Source: Takakia lepidozioides
Lineage: Eukaryota > Plantae > Bryophyta
Assembly (NCBI GenBank): GCA_030704615.1
Contig: CM060732.1
Location: 76,818,001-76,882,000 of the forward strand
Direction of reading: 5' to 3'
Length of the DNA stretch: 64,000 nt
Part shown: positions 37,235 through 50,795 of the stretch, in pieces
How positions within the stretch are numbered: the stretch's first letter is position 1
Layout of the letters: every line of letters begins with the position of its first letter
Made by a program: the position numbers and the translations under genes
The notes under the pieces: model-generated
What the model saw: only the letters and a program-made list of their open reading frames with translations
Database searches by the model: none
Told to the model about the DNA's origin: nothing

Positions 37235-40200
37235 CTAATCTTCATCATCCTCATCTATGTCTGGGTCACTACATGTATCATTGTCTTCATCACAGACTTC
37301 ATCTTCTCCAAGGGTTGGCTGAACATCATCACCACGTATTTGGGGTGCTCGGAGGTACAAGGAGGCCACCTGCTCTGGAGTAACTGGTACCGCTCGGCTG
37401 CATGTTGGGCCATCAGTAACCACAGTCTCCTCTAGTCTTTGTGGGGCTAACAATCCTTCCACTTCCGCCACATCATCATTATCAATTGATATGTCGCAGA
37501 CCACTCTACGTGCTCGGGGGCTCTTCTCCAGGACGACTTTCCACCCCGGCTCCTTCACACAATCAGAAAAAAACATTTGATCAACCTGGCCAGGAAACAC
37601 AAAAGGTTGCTTAGAAGGTGGAAGCATACGGTTAAAATTGACAAGTGTGAAGCCAGCATCATCCTGCTTCATTGACATAGGTTGACGACCCACACGACTC
37701 GCCCGTACCCACGAACACAAAAACACTATAGGCTGTGTTTGGCCATAGTCAATTTGCAAAATCTCCCTTATAAGACCCACATATCTTGTAGGTTCCTCCA
37801 TGTCATTGCCTGAATTGTTGGTAATGGGCTGGTGCTGGAAAACAGATGAGACTCCACAATCAAAAGACACCATACTTGTTGTGTTCATGTCGGGGGATGT
37901 AACCCTGTAATGGTTACCATACGCTGTCATACTCTTGAATGACAGAGCAGTAAATGATGGAGGCCTTGAAAGATCCAGTAATTCCTCACGTGTTGTAGGA
38001 TCAAGCCCATCTGATTGAATTGAGAGATGATCTCGTACACCTTGAGGGAGCCAAACAGCAAATGGAGGACAAGGATGCAAATCAGGAGGGTACTGAATTG
38101 CCATGGGATTGCTCATGCCTTCCAGCCCTTGCTCCTCACGAAACAAGTGTCGTCTGGCTTCTATCCGTGTGGACTCTGCTTCATATATCCTGTCACAATC
38201 CGAGGGTCAGCCAGGAGATTGACAGAGGTGGCGTGGGAGACTTGAAAAGACGCCATATGCCAACTAATGATAAATGACTAAAACTTGGAAATCTGAATGT
38301 CAATGAAGTAGATTTCTTACCCCAACATGACTGATAGACGAGGATGGTTCTGAATGATGTACTCATGTACAATATCATACAGGTCATTCAATTTTCGGGC
38401 TTTAGAACTTCCTTCCACAACTTCACGTTCCACAGATTCTGCCTCATCTGCATCCCACACCCTTCGTACACTTCCATCAAATCCTGCCATATACTCTGTG
38501 CAAAAACCCAATGCTTCTTCAAATTGGTATCCTTTTGCCATGCTCCCCTCGGGCCTTGCCATGTTTCTTACGTAGCCCTTCATATCTTTCATTGCCCGCT
38601 CTATGGGGTACATCCAACGAGATGCTACGGACCCGCATAAGTACAACTCATCCACTAGGTGAACAACCAGATGTGTCATCACATCAAAAAATGATGGTGG
38701 GAACTCCTTCTCTATAAGACACAGAGTGAGAACTGCTTCAGTTCTCAATTCCTCATACTCTACAGGATTCACCACTTTTGCACACAACTTCTGAAATACA
38801 CGACATACTCGCAAAATGGCCCTTCGAGGACCACTTGGCATGAGCCCACGGATAGCAAGCGGTATAATTTGCTGCATGAGCACATGATAGTCATGTGATT
38901 TCATGCCTGACAACTTCTTCTTCACCACATGCTTTTTGAAAGCTGATGCGTAGCCTGTTGGCACTTTCAAGTTCTGCACAATCTCTAAAAAGACTTGTAA
39001 CTCAGCCTCAATGAGGACATAAGGGACAGGAGGCATAATTAACGTATCTGCTCTGTCAGGATCACGTTGTAGCCACAATTCCGGCCGCATCCCAAGTAGC
39101 TCCAAATCACGGCGAACTTTCAATGTGTCTTTCTCACCAAAGATAGTTTAATAATATTTTCAGCCAAGTTCTTCTCGCAATGCATTGCGTCAAACGTGTG
39201 GCGGATGAGGAGACCCTACAAAATGAACACATAAGCAATTGAGGCATTAACTCATCACAATTTAAACAGAAAACGCAAAAATGTACACAGCCAATTTAAA
39301 GGCCATGAAGGAATTACCTCCCAATAAGGTAAGACATATAAAATTGACAATCGCTTAACTCCATGAGTTTTTGCTGGGTCTGTCCTGCTATCTGGCGTCC
39401 CTCCGTTTTCCACCCATGCGTGCGAGCTGTTGCAAGGTCCTTGATTTGTGTTCCAGTCTGCGTTTTTGGAGGAGTTCCATGCTCAGTAGTGCCATTGAAC
39501 ATTCTTGACCTTCTATATGGATGATTGCGGGCCAAAAATCTTCGGTGGCCTAGGAAAACAATTTTTCCACATGTGTGTAACTGCTGTGAAGTCACCCCGG
39601 GTCCACAAGCTGGACAACCAGCATAACCTTTCGTCACTTGACCTGAGAGCAAGCCATATGTAGGGTAGTCATGGATTGACCACATCGACACTGCCCTCAG
39701 TGTGAATTCGCGTTGACCACGAGGACGGGAAACATCATGAGCTGCAATCCCTCTCCATAGTTCCAATAGCTCTTCCACTAGGGGCATCAGGTAAACATCT
39801 ACGTTGTCCGAGGTAACAGACTCCTTACCAGGAATCAGTAGCGCTAACATGACAAAGAACTTTTTGGTCATTAACCACGGAGGCAGATTGTAATTGACCA
39901 AGAGAACGGGCCATGTGCTCCAACTTGTGGATTGAGCTCCGTAGGGATTTACACCGTCTAAGGCCAATCCAAATCGCAGAGATCGTGGCTCTGCAGCAAA
40001 ATCCGCAAATGTGGTGTCAATGTGTCTCCATGCTTTGCTATCAGCTGGATGTCGAACCAACCCATCCTGGCTCTTATGTCTGTCGTGCCATGTCATGAGG
40101 TTAGCGATCGATTTACATCGGTACATACGTTTCAACCTTGGAATGACAGGGAAGTGTCGCAATACTTTCTTGGGCACACTTCCACGACCTGGAATGTAAC

Positions 40201-41264
40201 GGGAACTGCGGCACACTGGGCAAATGTCTACATTCTCATACTCCCCACGGAAGAGTACACAACCACGCTCACAGGCATGAATCAACGTGTACTGCAATCC
40301 CATCTTGGCAATCATGGTTTTTGCTTCATAGTGAGTTTTCGGCAATGAATTCTCTCTAGGCAAAAAAACTCTTACGCAACAATCCCAGAAGCTCATCCAC
40401 AAATGCATTGGTGCACTTGTGGGTAGTGCATGCGTTCAGCAACATCAAAGTTGCTTGCAGCCGGCTGATGGAGCACCCTTCAAAAAGTGGACATTGCGAC
40501 GCTCGGAAGAGTTTATCATACTCGGGATCAACGTGCAGGTGAGCATTCTCATCAAATTCATTGTCTCCGGAATCGTCGAGATCATCGTCATGATCGGCAA
40601 ATGTGTGATCGGTTCCACCATGAATGGGGTCCTCTCTGTTTGCATCTGCAAAGAGAAACGCTTCCTACAATGCATGCTGCATTTCTACCTCCAATCCACC
40701 ACTCTCATCTGCGTTCTCTGTGACATTGGGCTCCCGCTGTGCCGCAGGGCCTTCGTCTTCATCATCTGAATATTCACATCCCTGCATCCCAATAGTCATC
40801 TTGTGAGTGGACCAACAACGATGTGACACTTGTTCATATTATGAACATATAGACTACATGACTACACATGACCAATGAAAACACGACATGTGCATTAATT
40901 AAAGTGATAACGGAAGTGACGTAGTCATACTCACGTCTGTATCTTATGACTTCTTGACTACAATCACCCAACGAAATGTCGACATGTGGAGAAGAGGATC
41001 GTTGCATTCAAAATTCAAACTAAAGTGCTGAAGGGAAAGTGGCGATCTTACCGGAAGAGAACAGCGTTGGAGAAGAGGATCCCTCCCGTGTATCATGTAA
41101 TGATTCCTCACTGTTTCCAACAAGAGTACTTTTCCTCCATGACACTCATCGCAGTTGCATAGCATTTTTGTATGCCCATTCCTTGTGGCATAAGCTTCTT
41201 CCATTCGCCATAGACGGTCATCTATTCTACGCCTACGCATCCGTTCGCCACCTGCACTGTACAT
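37235..41264 (-). pseudogene. CACTA TnpD-like transposase (spliced, frameshifted)
   Basis: CNCDECH..VRNHYMIHG N-terminal domain; Transposase_21-like HPADSKAWRH, LALDGVNPY, YNLPPWL, IHDYP; DUF4218-like GMKSHDYH, FPPSFFDVMTHL, RWMYPIER, PEGSM; downstream PFVFPGQVDQMFF..PGWKVV. Confidence 0.93.
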
Positions 41265-41369
41265 GCTTTGAACGTCACCCCTTCCCTCTTTGCATGCTAC
41301 GCACAGTGCATTGTCTCTAGTTTTGCACCAGCTGCCAATGTGCTATTTCTATATCTATAGTATACTATA

Positions 41370-44300
41370 AGTATCGTTTCTGAGTGTCCATGGTGAAGCG
41401 GAAGGTCTTCGAAGTGACAGTCCCTCTCACTGAGTACGAGAAGTTCCGAGAGCGCCGGATTGCTGCCATAAAGGAGGTGGAAGCAACGTTCAAGCAGTCG
41501 ATAGATGGGTGAGTTTAGTTCCTGACTTTGGATACCCACCCACTAAACTTGCGATTTGCCTTATCCTCTAACCTTCCTACAGCGATCATAAGCTTCATAG
41601 CACAAATGGGGGCGAGTAGCTGCGACTTGTACAAACAGAGAGGCAAACAACATGCAGTGAGTGACGATTAGGTTTGAGGAGGGTGTGTCATTAGGCGGGA
41701 GATGTCCGCCGTCATTCGTGGGCAGGCATTACGTCCTGGTAGGGTGCGGCTGTGGTTCAGCGTAGGCTTAAGAGTATTAGGGTATGTATGCTTACATTGT
41801 GTGTTTGAGTTTGTGATGTGCAGTTTGTGCGCGAGCGAATCGCCCTCGCAAGCCACGCGCTCCGAAGGAAAAGGTAGGGATCAAGGTCCTGCAAGGCAAA
41901 GTGCCAGACTGAAGACGATGAAGACTACGATTCTGCATGAGGGCTCTTCTGAGGACGATGAGGACGATCCACTCCTCCCACGCCAGTGCGAGGCGAGTGC
42001 GTCGTCGGCGGATGCCACGGCAAGCCGAGGAGAACATGCCCATGCTCATGTCGCAGGACAAAAACGCCCATCATCTACACTACGAACACCTTCTCCGTCT
42101 GTGAGTTATAGTTCTTCACAATGACCATGATTCTAATTATGTGTGTTTTTGGTAAAATCACGAAGAGATAGGGTATGTCTGTCAAGACAGGGAAGTTGGA
42201 CAATGCAGGGGTCAGTCAAGGCACAATCACAAATGATTTCCACTAGACAAGTTGAAGTGCCAAAGGCATGATGTCAGGCCAATGTAGACTTCAGGTGTGT
42301 TCAAATTCTTTGCCCCATGAAACCAACGTCCTGGTACTAAGCTACAATGGCTACTTATAGAGATACTTGGGTTACTTATTCACCCAGAATATCAGTAAAA
42401 CTTGGAGGGATACTTCTCATGGACCCATCAGGTTTGTCCATTTGAATTCTTGTTATGGATTTCAGGAACACCCCATACCTAAGAGGGCTCAAAAATGTAC
42501 TGGGAGGACATCATTGGGGCCAATCAAATTTGGGAGATTTACTGCCCAAGATCATACTGAGTTTTGGGTAATCTTGTCTTTACAAATGATATATGCTTCC
42601 AGTTTGTTTTGCCTGAATTCAAGGATTTGCTGCTTGCTGCCTATATGTATGTGTGTAATCACCCACATTGTACTGGGGGAATTTCTTTTCAGGGCAAGCA
42701 CAAGCGCACTGGATCCACGATTCCTGCTGCTAGCAATGGAGATGGCGCCCACAAGAACGCAGGAGGGTGGCCCTAACTCTCCCAACGTTGTGGGTTCTGT
42801 GCCACCAGTACCCCCACCTTATTATGGTATGCCTCAGTACCCACAGTCTGGCACTCAGTATGGTCAAGGTCAATATGGTGCTCCTCCATATGGGCAGTAT
42901 GGCAGTAGTATCCTCCTCCACCATATTTGCCACCCCCTAATAGCTATGGGGTGTGGCAGGCCACCGGAATATCCTCCTGCTTATGGACAGTATGGCCAGT
43001 ATGGTCCTCGGCCTTCTGGCCAACAACCATGGCCACCAGTCCCTACTTGGCAGGATCCTGCTTTGAATTCTCCTGAGCGCACGGAGGTCTCTGAAGGAGG
43101 AGAGGGTGCCGTTTCAAAGAATGATAGAACCAATGCTTTAAAAGGGCTAATAGCTCAGCCAAAATTGAAGCTGCCAAGGTCAAGAGAGAGAGAGAATAGC
43201 TGCAGGTCTTCCTCCCACGGTGATTTTGACAAACCTCAAAGGAGCCCCGTATGGTCAGACCCGGAATGTATGGCACGCTGCCCTTAAAGGACAGGCTTAT
43301 CACAAGCTAGATTGTTCCCTTGCCATCAACAACCAACCTGATGAAGTTGTATACGAAATCAGAGATCACCTGGCTAAGCTATTTTCATATACGCCCGCAC
43401 GAGTTAAAAGACTTCCACCTAAAACAAACAATTGGCAGAATAATGAAGAGCCAGCGTTATGAAGCACACACTGCGTGGTTGGGTGGTAAGGGGAAACCCA
43501 TTACTGTATCTGACGAGGTATGGAACAAGCTTGTAAGTTACTGGCAGACAGAGGTGTTCCACAAAGTGTCGGGCAACATGAAGAAGGCAAATGGTGCAAT
43601 TCTGAATCCTACCAAGACTGGCCGTGGTGGGAAGACAATGGTGGAAGCACGCTTGGTAAGTGGCATCATCACGACTCTGTATTTTGTTCCTCATTGAATT
43701 GCTATGTGTATATAGTCAGCCCTCACATTGCTTACTGACTTGTGGCATGGGTTGTTTTGTGGCATGGATTAATTTGTAGGAAACACTATCAGGGTGCCCT
43801 CCTACATTATATGAAATTCAAGAAGGTTCAGTGTCACGGTTGTCAGCTGGGAGTGACAGGCGGGGAAGTGTGTTTTCCACGTTTGCTAGAGTGGTTGTTG
43901 CATCATAGGTTGCTAGGGTTTTTTTCACGGCTTTTGGCCTGGGTTTTCTTTCCAATGGTTGTTCATGCTAGGTTTTTTGGGTTGATTCATACTTGGGCAA
44001 GTTTTCATGGATTGGCAGGAGGGAAGTCTCGCATATTCTACAGTAGTTGGCAGGATGGATGGCTTGGACACAAACTGGTGGAATCACAAGGACGTGACAT
44101 GGCAGAATTAAAATTACAGAGCAGAGAGTATGATTGAGTACCGGAAAGCCATTGTGACGAGATTGGGGATTAATCTACCAGGCGCAGGACCAGTGACATC
44201 TACGATGGATACGTCTGCTGTGACAGTATCAAAATGTTTGGAATCCCAATTTCAGACGGTAACTGGTGCTCACTCTAAGCCCTTATGTCTTCCTGTCACT

Positions 44301-45920
44301 GATGATCTTTTGAATTTGACCGAGCAGCAGCAAGATACAGGGAAGGCCAGCTATGAGGTACACGTGGAAATTCAGCCCTTGCCACGTACAAAAGCAGTAG
44401 CAATCCAGGGGGCAATGGTGACAGAGCGCCGGGCACACCGGATTTTGGTATGCAGGTATGTGGGAGTTTAGATGGGGAGGACGATGCAGACGGGGACAAA
44501 ACAAACAAGCAGGTTGCTTTAATTTCTCCTGCTCACATGTTGAAGCCAAATGTCAGTTTACTTCCTGGACCAATGAGGAAGCATTTACTAATTCTGGACT
44601 TAAATGGTCTGTTATGTGAATCTTTTCATTCTGCTAATGGGCCTGCATCCCTTCCCAAAGGTTTTGTGGGGAAGATGTGAGGCAAGAAGATGGTAGTTTT
44701 GAGACTTATGACTTTTTGACTTTTTGCAAAAGTGTTTTGAACACTTTGAGGTGGCGGTGTGGTCTTGTTGCCAAGCTCGCAACTTCTTCCCAATGGTGGA
44801 CTATATTTTTGCAGCCCACACTAACCTGGTTTTCCAGTGGGATGCCCTTCACTGTGACGAGGATCCAGTCCTCCCATGCCGTAAGGGGTCTGATTCAAAC
44901 CATTATATTTCAAGAACTTGTCTACAGTGTGGGCAGACTGGCCAGAATGGACTTATGAGGACACTGTTCTTGTTGACGACACACCAAGAAAGGCGGCAAA
45001 CAATCCTCCCTTCAGTGGGATTTTTCCAGAGCCATGGAAGGTGCAACCAGATTCACCAACTGATGAGTATCTAACAGAGTGTTGTGGCCTTTCTTGTGGA
45101 AGGCATCGAAAGCTGCCAGTATTCCCAAGTTTTTGGAGTCTCAGCCTGTTTTCGGACAACAACCATACAACACTGCTACTGTGAAGGTACAAACATTCTG
45201 ACAGTGCTCCAGAGGCTACATTTTGTGGGTTCATTCATTGCATTGCTTTCCTGGATGCTTCTCCTCGGTTGCTTGATTAATGCTAGGTTTTCTTTGCAGC
45301 TTTTCATGTTGGTTTTTTTTTGTTTGATTCATACTTGGATTTTGTTTCTATTCACTTTCTGTTTGCTCATTGCTTTCCTGGTTGATCTCTGGTCTGTGAC
45401 ACATAACTTGTGACAAACAAAGGTGATATTGTCGACAAGCCGGTACAGACGAGGGGCAAGAGTGTCGACCCGGCGAGTAGCCCCCCAAAAGAGGTCTCAC
45501 CACCACTGGAGACTGCAAATGGAGTAAGTCCAGGCCGTTGTCTTGTCTGTTATATTTTTTCCAACCTTGGGCTCTCTTTAACTCGCAAATGTTGAGTGTC
45601 CTAGTCGTGTGTATGTCATGGGTTTCACATCGTGTTCTTTTTTGTGTGGAGTTGGGATCACAGTTCAGGGTGGGTGACGAGGTTCGGTTGTTGGATGTGA
45701 ACTCCAACGCAAGAAATGTGGAGTAGGGCTGATTGTTGCTCTTTAAGGTGCTGTGGTGGGTTACGGGTACCCTGCTGTGCCCCTGATTATGCCTGTGTGT
45801 ACATCAAGAGGCATGTGTCAGTAACACCCCTCTACCATATGTGAATGGTGTTATGAAACAGACCGAGTTGGGGCAGGTGGTTGGCCAGACAACACTTTGG
45901 AGTCTAAAGTTACTGAAACT
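41370..45920 (+). pseudogene. CACTA second (TnpA-like) gene, divergent from the transposase, containing an FCP1/NIF-like domain
   Basis: WNKLVSYW..NPTKTGRGG (43320..43697) resembles CACTA ORF2 proteins. 44570-45090 gives KHLLILDLNGLL / FEHFEVAVWS / TVLVDDTPRKAANNPP across frameshifts. Exon structure approximate. Confidence 0.6.
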
Positions 45921-47170
45921 TATGGAGCTGCGGAAGGGATAGTCAGTATTGCACTGTTTAACAGAGTTCTTGATTCTAATAGCACTAGAACAACATACTA
46001 GCACAACAATTCAGCCCATGTGTGGGCTTACTTGTTTTTGGCTGGGCCTTTTGAGGCATGGATTTTTTGACCTTGTGGCTTTTGAGGTGTCCATTGGGAT
46101 ATTGGTCTCATTGGATTTTTGTAATGTGATTTATAGGGCTTGTATTGCCCTGTACTTGACTATTTTCATTCTCCTTGTGGTTGATACTATGCAGGAGGGA
46201 TCCATTCTGTTTTCATGTTGGAATTTCACCATGTAATGAAGATTTTAAATCATTTAATTCACTTTATTTATTAAATTAAAAAAAAAAAAAAAAATAATAC
46301 CATTAAAAAAAAATCCAAGGTGCAATCTCCCTGTTCTTTTAAATATTAAATGAAAACTAAAAATTAAAATATGAACATTAAAAATATAAACTATTTCGGA
46401 AACACAATCTTGATGACACGTGGCATCACTCTTGCTCAAACCAGAACACGTGGCAGTATATGACACGACATTCTTTATCCATATTTTTACCACGTGTAAA
46501 GATCCGTAGTCATATATGCTAGTCAATATATTTTGTCTGTGTGCCACATGTCACATCTCAAGTACAACATCTGCCATAGCACACGTGTCTCGCTAGCGCC
46601 TCTCCATGTAGGCATCACTGTGCAGACATGTAGTCATATGATCATGGCAGAAGTCGTGACATGTCAAATTCGCAGTGGCGCACGTGTCCCTCCGTCGCCT
46701 CTCCATGTAGGCATCACTTTGCAGACATATAGTCATATGATCCCCTGACGAATGCATGACGTGTCGCTTGTGCAGTGGCGCACGGTCCCGCTGAAGCCTC
46801 TCCATGTAGGCAGCGCTCAACAGACAATGTAGTCATATATTAGTCATATAGTTATAACTGCAACCCTCTCTGCAGCAGGATTCCAGGTGTCCACGCAAGC
46901 AGTCATGGATATGACTTGCAAAACGCAGTCCTAAAGACTAGTCGCTATGACAGGGTTTTTTTCACTACAGAGTGATGTAGTCATGAACGCATATAAGACT
47001 GAAAAAATAGTCATATGTGAAGTCATAAAAACGCTCATCTGTTGTAGTGCCTTGCTCAAGGTGATGCCAAAAGCGACATAACAAGAGGTCGCACAAATGT
47101 TGTTGTAGTAAGGCGATTCGATCCTCGGGGAGGACGATCCTTGGCCCTAAAGTGGGTCAAGAAGAATGTA

Positions 47171-47670
47171 NNNNNNNNNNNNNNNNNNNNNNNNNNNNNN
47201 NNNNNNNNNNNNNNNNNNNNNNNNNNNNNNNNNNNNNNNNNNNNNNNNNNNNNNNNNNNNNNNNNNNNNNNNNNNNNNNNNNNNNNNNNNNNNNNNNNNN
47301 NNNNNNNNNNNNNNNNNNNNNNNNNNNNNNNNNNNNNNNNNNNNNNNNNNNNNNNNNNNNNNNNNNNNNNNNNNNNNNNNNNNNNNNNNNNNNNNNNNNN
47401 NNNNNNNNNNNNNNNNNNNNNNNNNNNNNNNNNNNNNNNNNNNNNNNNNNNNNNNNNNNNNNNNNNNNNNNNNNNNNNNNNNNNNNNNNNNNNNNNNNNN
47501 NNNNNNNNNNNNNNNNNNNNNNNNNNNNNNNNNNNNNNNNNNNNNNNNNNNNNNNNNNNNNNNNNNNNNNNNNNNNNNNNNNNNNNNNNNNNNNNNNNNN
47601 NNNNNNNNNNNNNNNNNNNNNNNNNNNNNNNNNNNNNNNNNNNNNNNNNNNNNNNNNNNNNNNNNNNNNN
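47171..47670. other. Assembly gap (500 N)
   Basis: Run of n characters; adjacency across it is unverified. Confidence 1.
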
Positions 47671-48426
47671 CATGCCCGACTGATGAATGCCCTTGCAGGG
47701 CCAACCTGCCACTACCAGATCAATGGAGCCAACCCGCTCCAAATCCTGCACCCCCAGCAACAAAATGTCTGCTGGCAAAGCCTGCTGATATCCACAAATT
47801 GCAGACACCGACAACAACTCAGGGTACCGCTGCACCAACTGAGCAATATGGCGAAGTGAAACGCGTCATGCAGTCTCATCCCTCTCCACATACAGGTAAC
47901 GCCGAACTCGTATACCTGCCTGTAACACAGCAGCCAATCCGGTGCTGATCCTGCCAAACAAGTCCAGAAGACAAATGCCTTCATCCGGATACTGCCACAC
48001 AATAGGTGTGGTATCCAATGGAGACAACTGAGGTGGTCCTGGTGCAATCCCCGCACTCTCCTCCTCTCCTCACGGTACAAAAGCCTCCACCCAGGCTTGT
48101 TGCACCCGTCGATCAGCATCCCGCTGCAAATCCTTGCTCGTGCCCCACAATGGAGTCTGAGCAACCATGGTAGGCAACTCCGCCATACCATACATGTCAT
48201 CCTGCTCTCCCGGAGGTGGCACATCCTCTGAATGAGCGTTGCCCTCAAGCAACCCTCTAGGCCAACTCACTGCCGCTGTGAATGCTGCTAGTGTCGGCAT
48301 CTTGCCTCGCTGGGCAACCGCAACTCCTCCTATGAACGTCACAGGGACCTGCACACGCCGGCCCTCCCCTGACTGCCATGCAGGCCTATTGGAAGCTGAC
48401 TCCTCCCAAAAATCTGTGGGATACCC
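47671..48426 (-). pseudogene. C5-cytosine DNA methyltransferase domain fragment, retrotransposon-borne type
   Basis: One frame with two TGA stops (48070, 47866): GICLLDLFGRISTGLAAVLQAG (motif I), RYLYVE (II), PADI (III), IDLVVAGWPCKG (IV, catalytic PC); truncated by the gap. Confidence 0.85.
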
Positions 48427-48493
48427 TTAATTTTTGCACAGACTGAGACCAACAGGAGCCTTAGGGGTGACAGCAGCGCACTTTAGGGGGGGG

Positions 48494-48735
48494 TTACACA
48501 GCCCGTCACAGCCCGACATAGTCGCACAGCCAATCACATCCCGACACAGCCCGACACAGCCCAACACAGTCGCACAGCCAGTCACAGCCAACACAGCCCG
48601 TCACAGCCCAACACAGCCCAACACAGCCCGACACAGTCACACAGCCAATCACATCCCGACACAGCCCGTCATAGCCCAACACAGTCGCACAGCCAATCAC
48701 AGCCCGTCACAGTTTCACACAGCCAGTCACAGTGT
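48494..48735. repeat. Minisatellite of CACAGCC-core 9-10-mers
   Basis: More than 20 variants of ACACAGCCCG / TCACAGCCAA. Confidence 0.85.
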
Positions 48736-49425
48736 AGTGTGAAAAGAAGGGGCGTGAATCCCCTTCTGTATAATTCTAATTGTGCTCCCCTCCATTCTAA
48801 GCGGAGCAAAGGAAAGAAACGTTGTTCTAGTCTGTCCAACTGTCGTCACTTGGCTGTGGGTTTCCCTCAGCTCCTTCGTGATCAGAGTTCAAGCAATCCT
48901 CATCCACGCCGCAGCGGAAGAGAAGACATGGATGGGGAGCCAATGTTGTACGTTCACTCTTGGTTTCACCTTTTACTCAACATCCTCTACCTGCAGATAC
49001 AGCACCAGCCCTGCTGCCATGATGTATTCAGCGATGCAATCAGCCCTATGTCAGTGATGAAACACTGCCCTTGTGGGCAGTTCCCTTAGTCAGCAACACG
49101 TCGGAAGCCCCTTTCAATTTGTAATGAGAGCTCGGTCTAGGTGGATGGGCAACTCAGATCTGCCATGGACTGCAGGCCCACTAGTTTGACCATTCAGGGT
49201 TCATGTCTTCTTGACCTTACCTCTCCTTTTTATCCATCTCTCATCACCCTTTCTCCCTCTTTCACTTTTTCTTTCTCTCACTCTCTTTTTCTCCTTTGTG
49301 TGTGATTCCCTCACTTTTCCACAACAACACGTCTACAATGCAATGCAATGCACATCCAGCCAGGCATCCAGTGCTTCCATCATTGAAGTCAACCTCTGTC
49401 ACACGAGATATGATCTGCCCTTCCG

Positions 49426-49459
<34 letters not shown>

Positions 49460-50248
49460 ATGACTGGTCCTTGCTCTGCCCTTCTCTCAGTGGATGCATT
49501 TGGCCAAGGTGCTTCACAACCCTTCTACAGATCTCAAATCACACCCCCTGTCAGCTCTCTTTTTCTCCTCAACTGCGAACTTCAGTCATTCATATGTTTG
49601 GAACACCTCTACAAATCAGATCCACACCCCAAAAGTATTGACCTTCCTTCCCATCCACATCATCCTTCTCAAGGTTCTAGCATCCAGGGCCGCCTTGTTT
49701 TGCTGGCTGAAGACACAAAAAATAAGGAAAAGGAACACAACAACAGCAACCATCCTAACCCTGAGATGAGATATCCCTGTCCCCTCTCATTTTCCTAATG
49801 ACAGTGAAACAACAGGTGCATCCATCTCCACACCATCCTGGTTTGAATTCCAGTGCCTTCATTCCATTCTCCAAAAGCTCTCTACTCCTCACATTTCTGT
49901 CCCTTTCTATAGAAACAAGAGACAGTTCCAAAAACTTCACACAGTCATTCCTAAGTGCCAAAAAAAGGAAGCCAACACTCTTCGAACTTATCTGTCTTAT
50001 ACTCATTGAAGCGGTGGGTCTCATCTCCCTCGTCAACCATTTCTGACGTTTCTTCTTATCGTGATTCCAGTCCTCATTAAGGCATGACGGCTCTGCTTCA
50101 GCTGCTGGCACATCCTTGTGCCTGCCAACCTCTACCCTATCCTTCTACATGTGCATTTCTTCCCTATGAAGTGATTTGGTCCTACAGCCCTTAAGACAGA
50201 GAGCAGATACAAAACTTAATTATAGATAGCTTAAGCGCCATACACACA

Positions 50249-50795
50249 GAAGGCGGCACCGCTTCCTCTTGCACAGAATGCCAAGCCAGATCCCTTAACG
50301 TCGCTCTTTAAGGCAAGCTGATTCCCTTTGCGTAGGTGGAACTTCCTAAGATATGCTGTACTGCCAACACCACTGCAGCAGCTGCGAAAAGATGCTTACA
50401 CTCTTCCCTTACAAAGTGATCTGGTCCTAAAGCTCTAAAACAGACAGCAGCTACAAGATTTGATCACAGACAACCTGAGGCGCTATACACACCAGCCTGC
50501 ACTTCTCATCCCCCAACACCTGCTGAGCCGCTCCATCTCCTCATTAATGTGCTCATCAAGACAATGGCGACAGCAGTGGTGCACCGCCCTTATCACAAAC
50601 CTGATCCCTTAGGTTTGATCATTGCTTACGAAGAAGGCGGCACCGCTTCTTCTTGCACAGAAAGCCAAGCAGGAGCTCTTAACGTTTCTCTTTAAAGCAA
50701 GCTGATACCCTTTGCGTAGGTGGAACTTTCTCAGATATCCTGTGCTGTCAACACCACTGCAGCAGCTGCAAAAAGATGCACGCACTCTTCCCCTT
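50249..50795. repeat. ~165-bp direct duplication (50249-50410 and 50632-50795)
   Basis: Both copies begin GAAGGCGGCACCGCTTC and end CACTCTTCCC. Confidence 0.75.

Larger units (their letters stand above)
34610..47049. mobile_element. Full-length CACTA (En/Spm) element, 12.4 kb
   Basis: 29-bp TIRs CACTACAAGAGATGAACGTTTTTAGGACT / rc CACTACAACAGATGAGCGTTTTTATGACT; TSD CCT at 34607-34609 and 47050-47052; ATGACT subterminal motifs on the left and AGTCAT on the right. Confidence 0.96.

Noticed and set aside
47056-47948. Long ORFs spanning the N run
   Set aside because: Artefacts of the 500-N gap; only the part right of 47670 on the - strand is meaningful.
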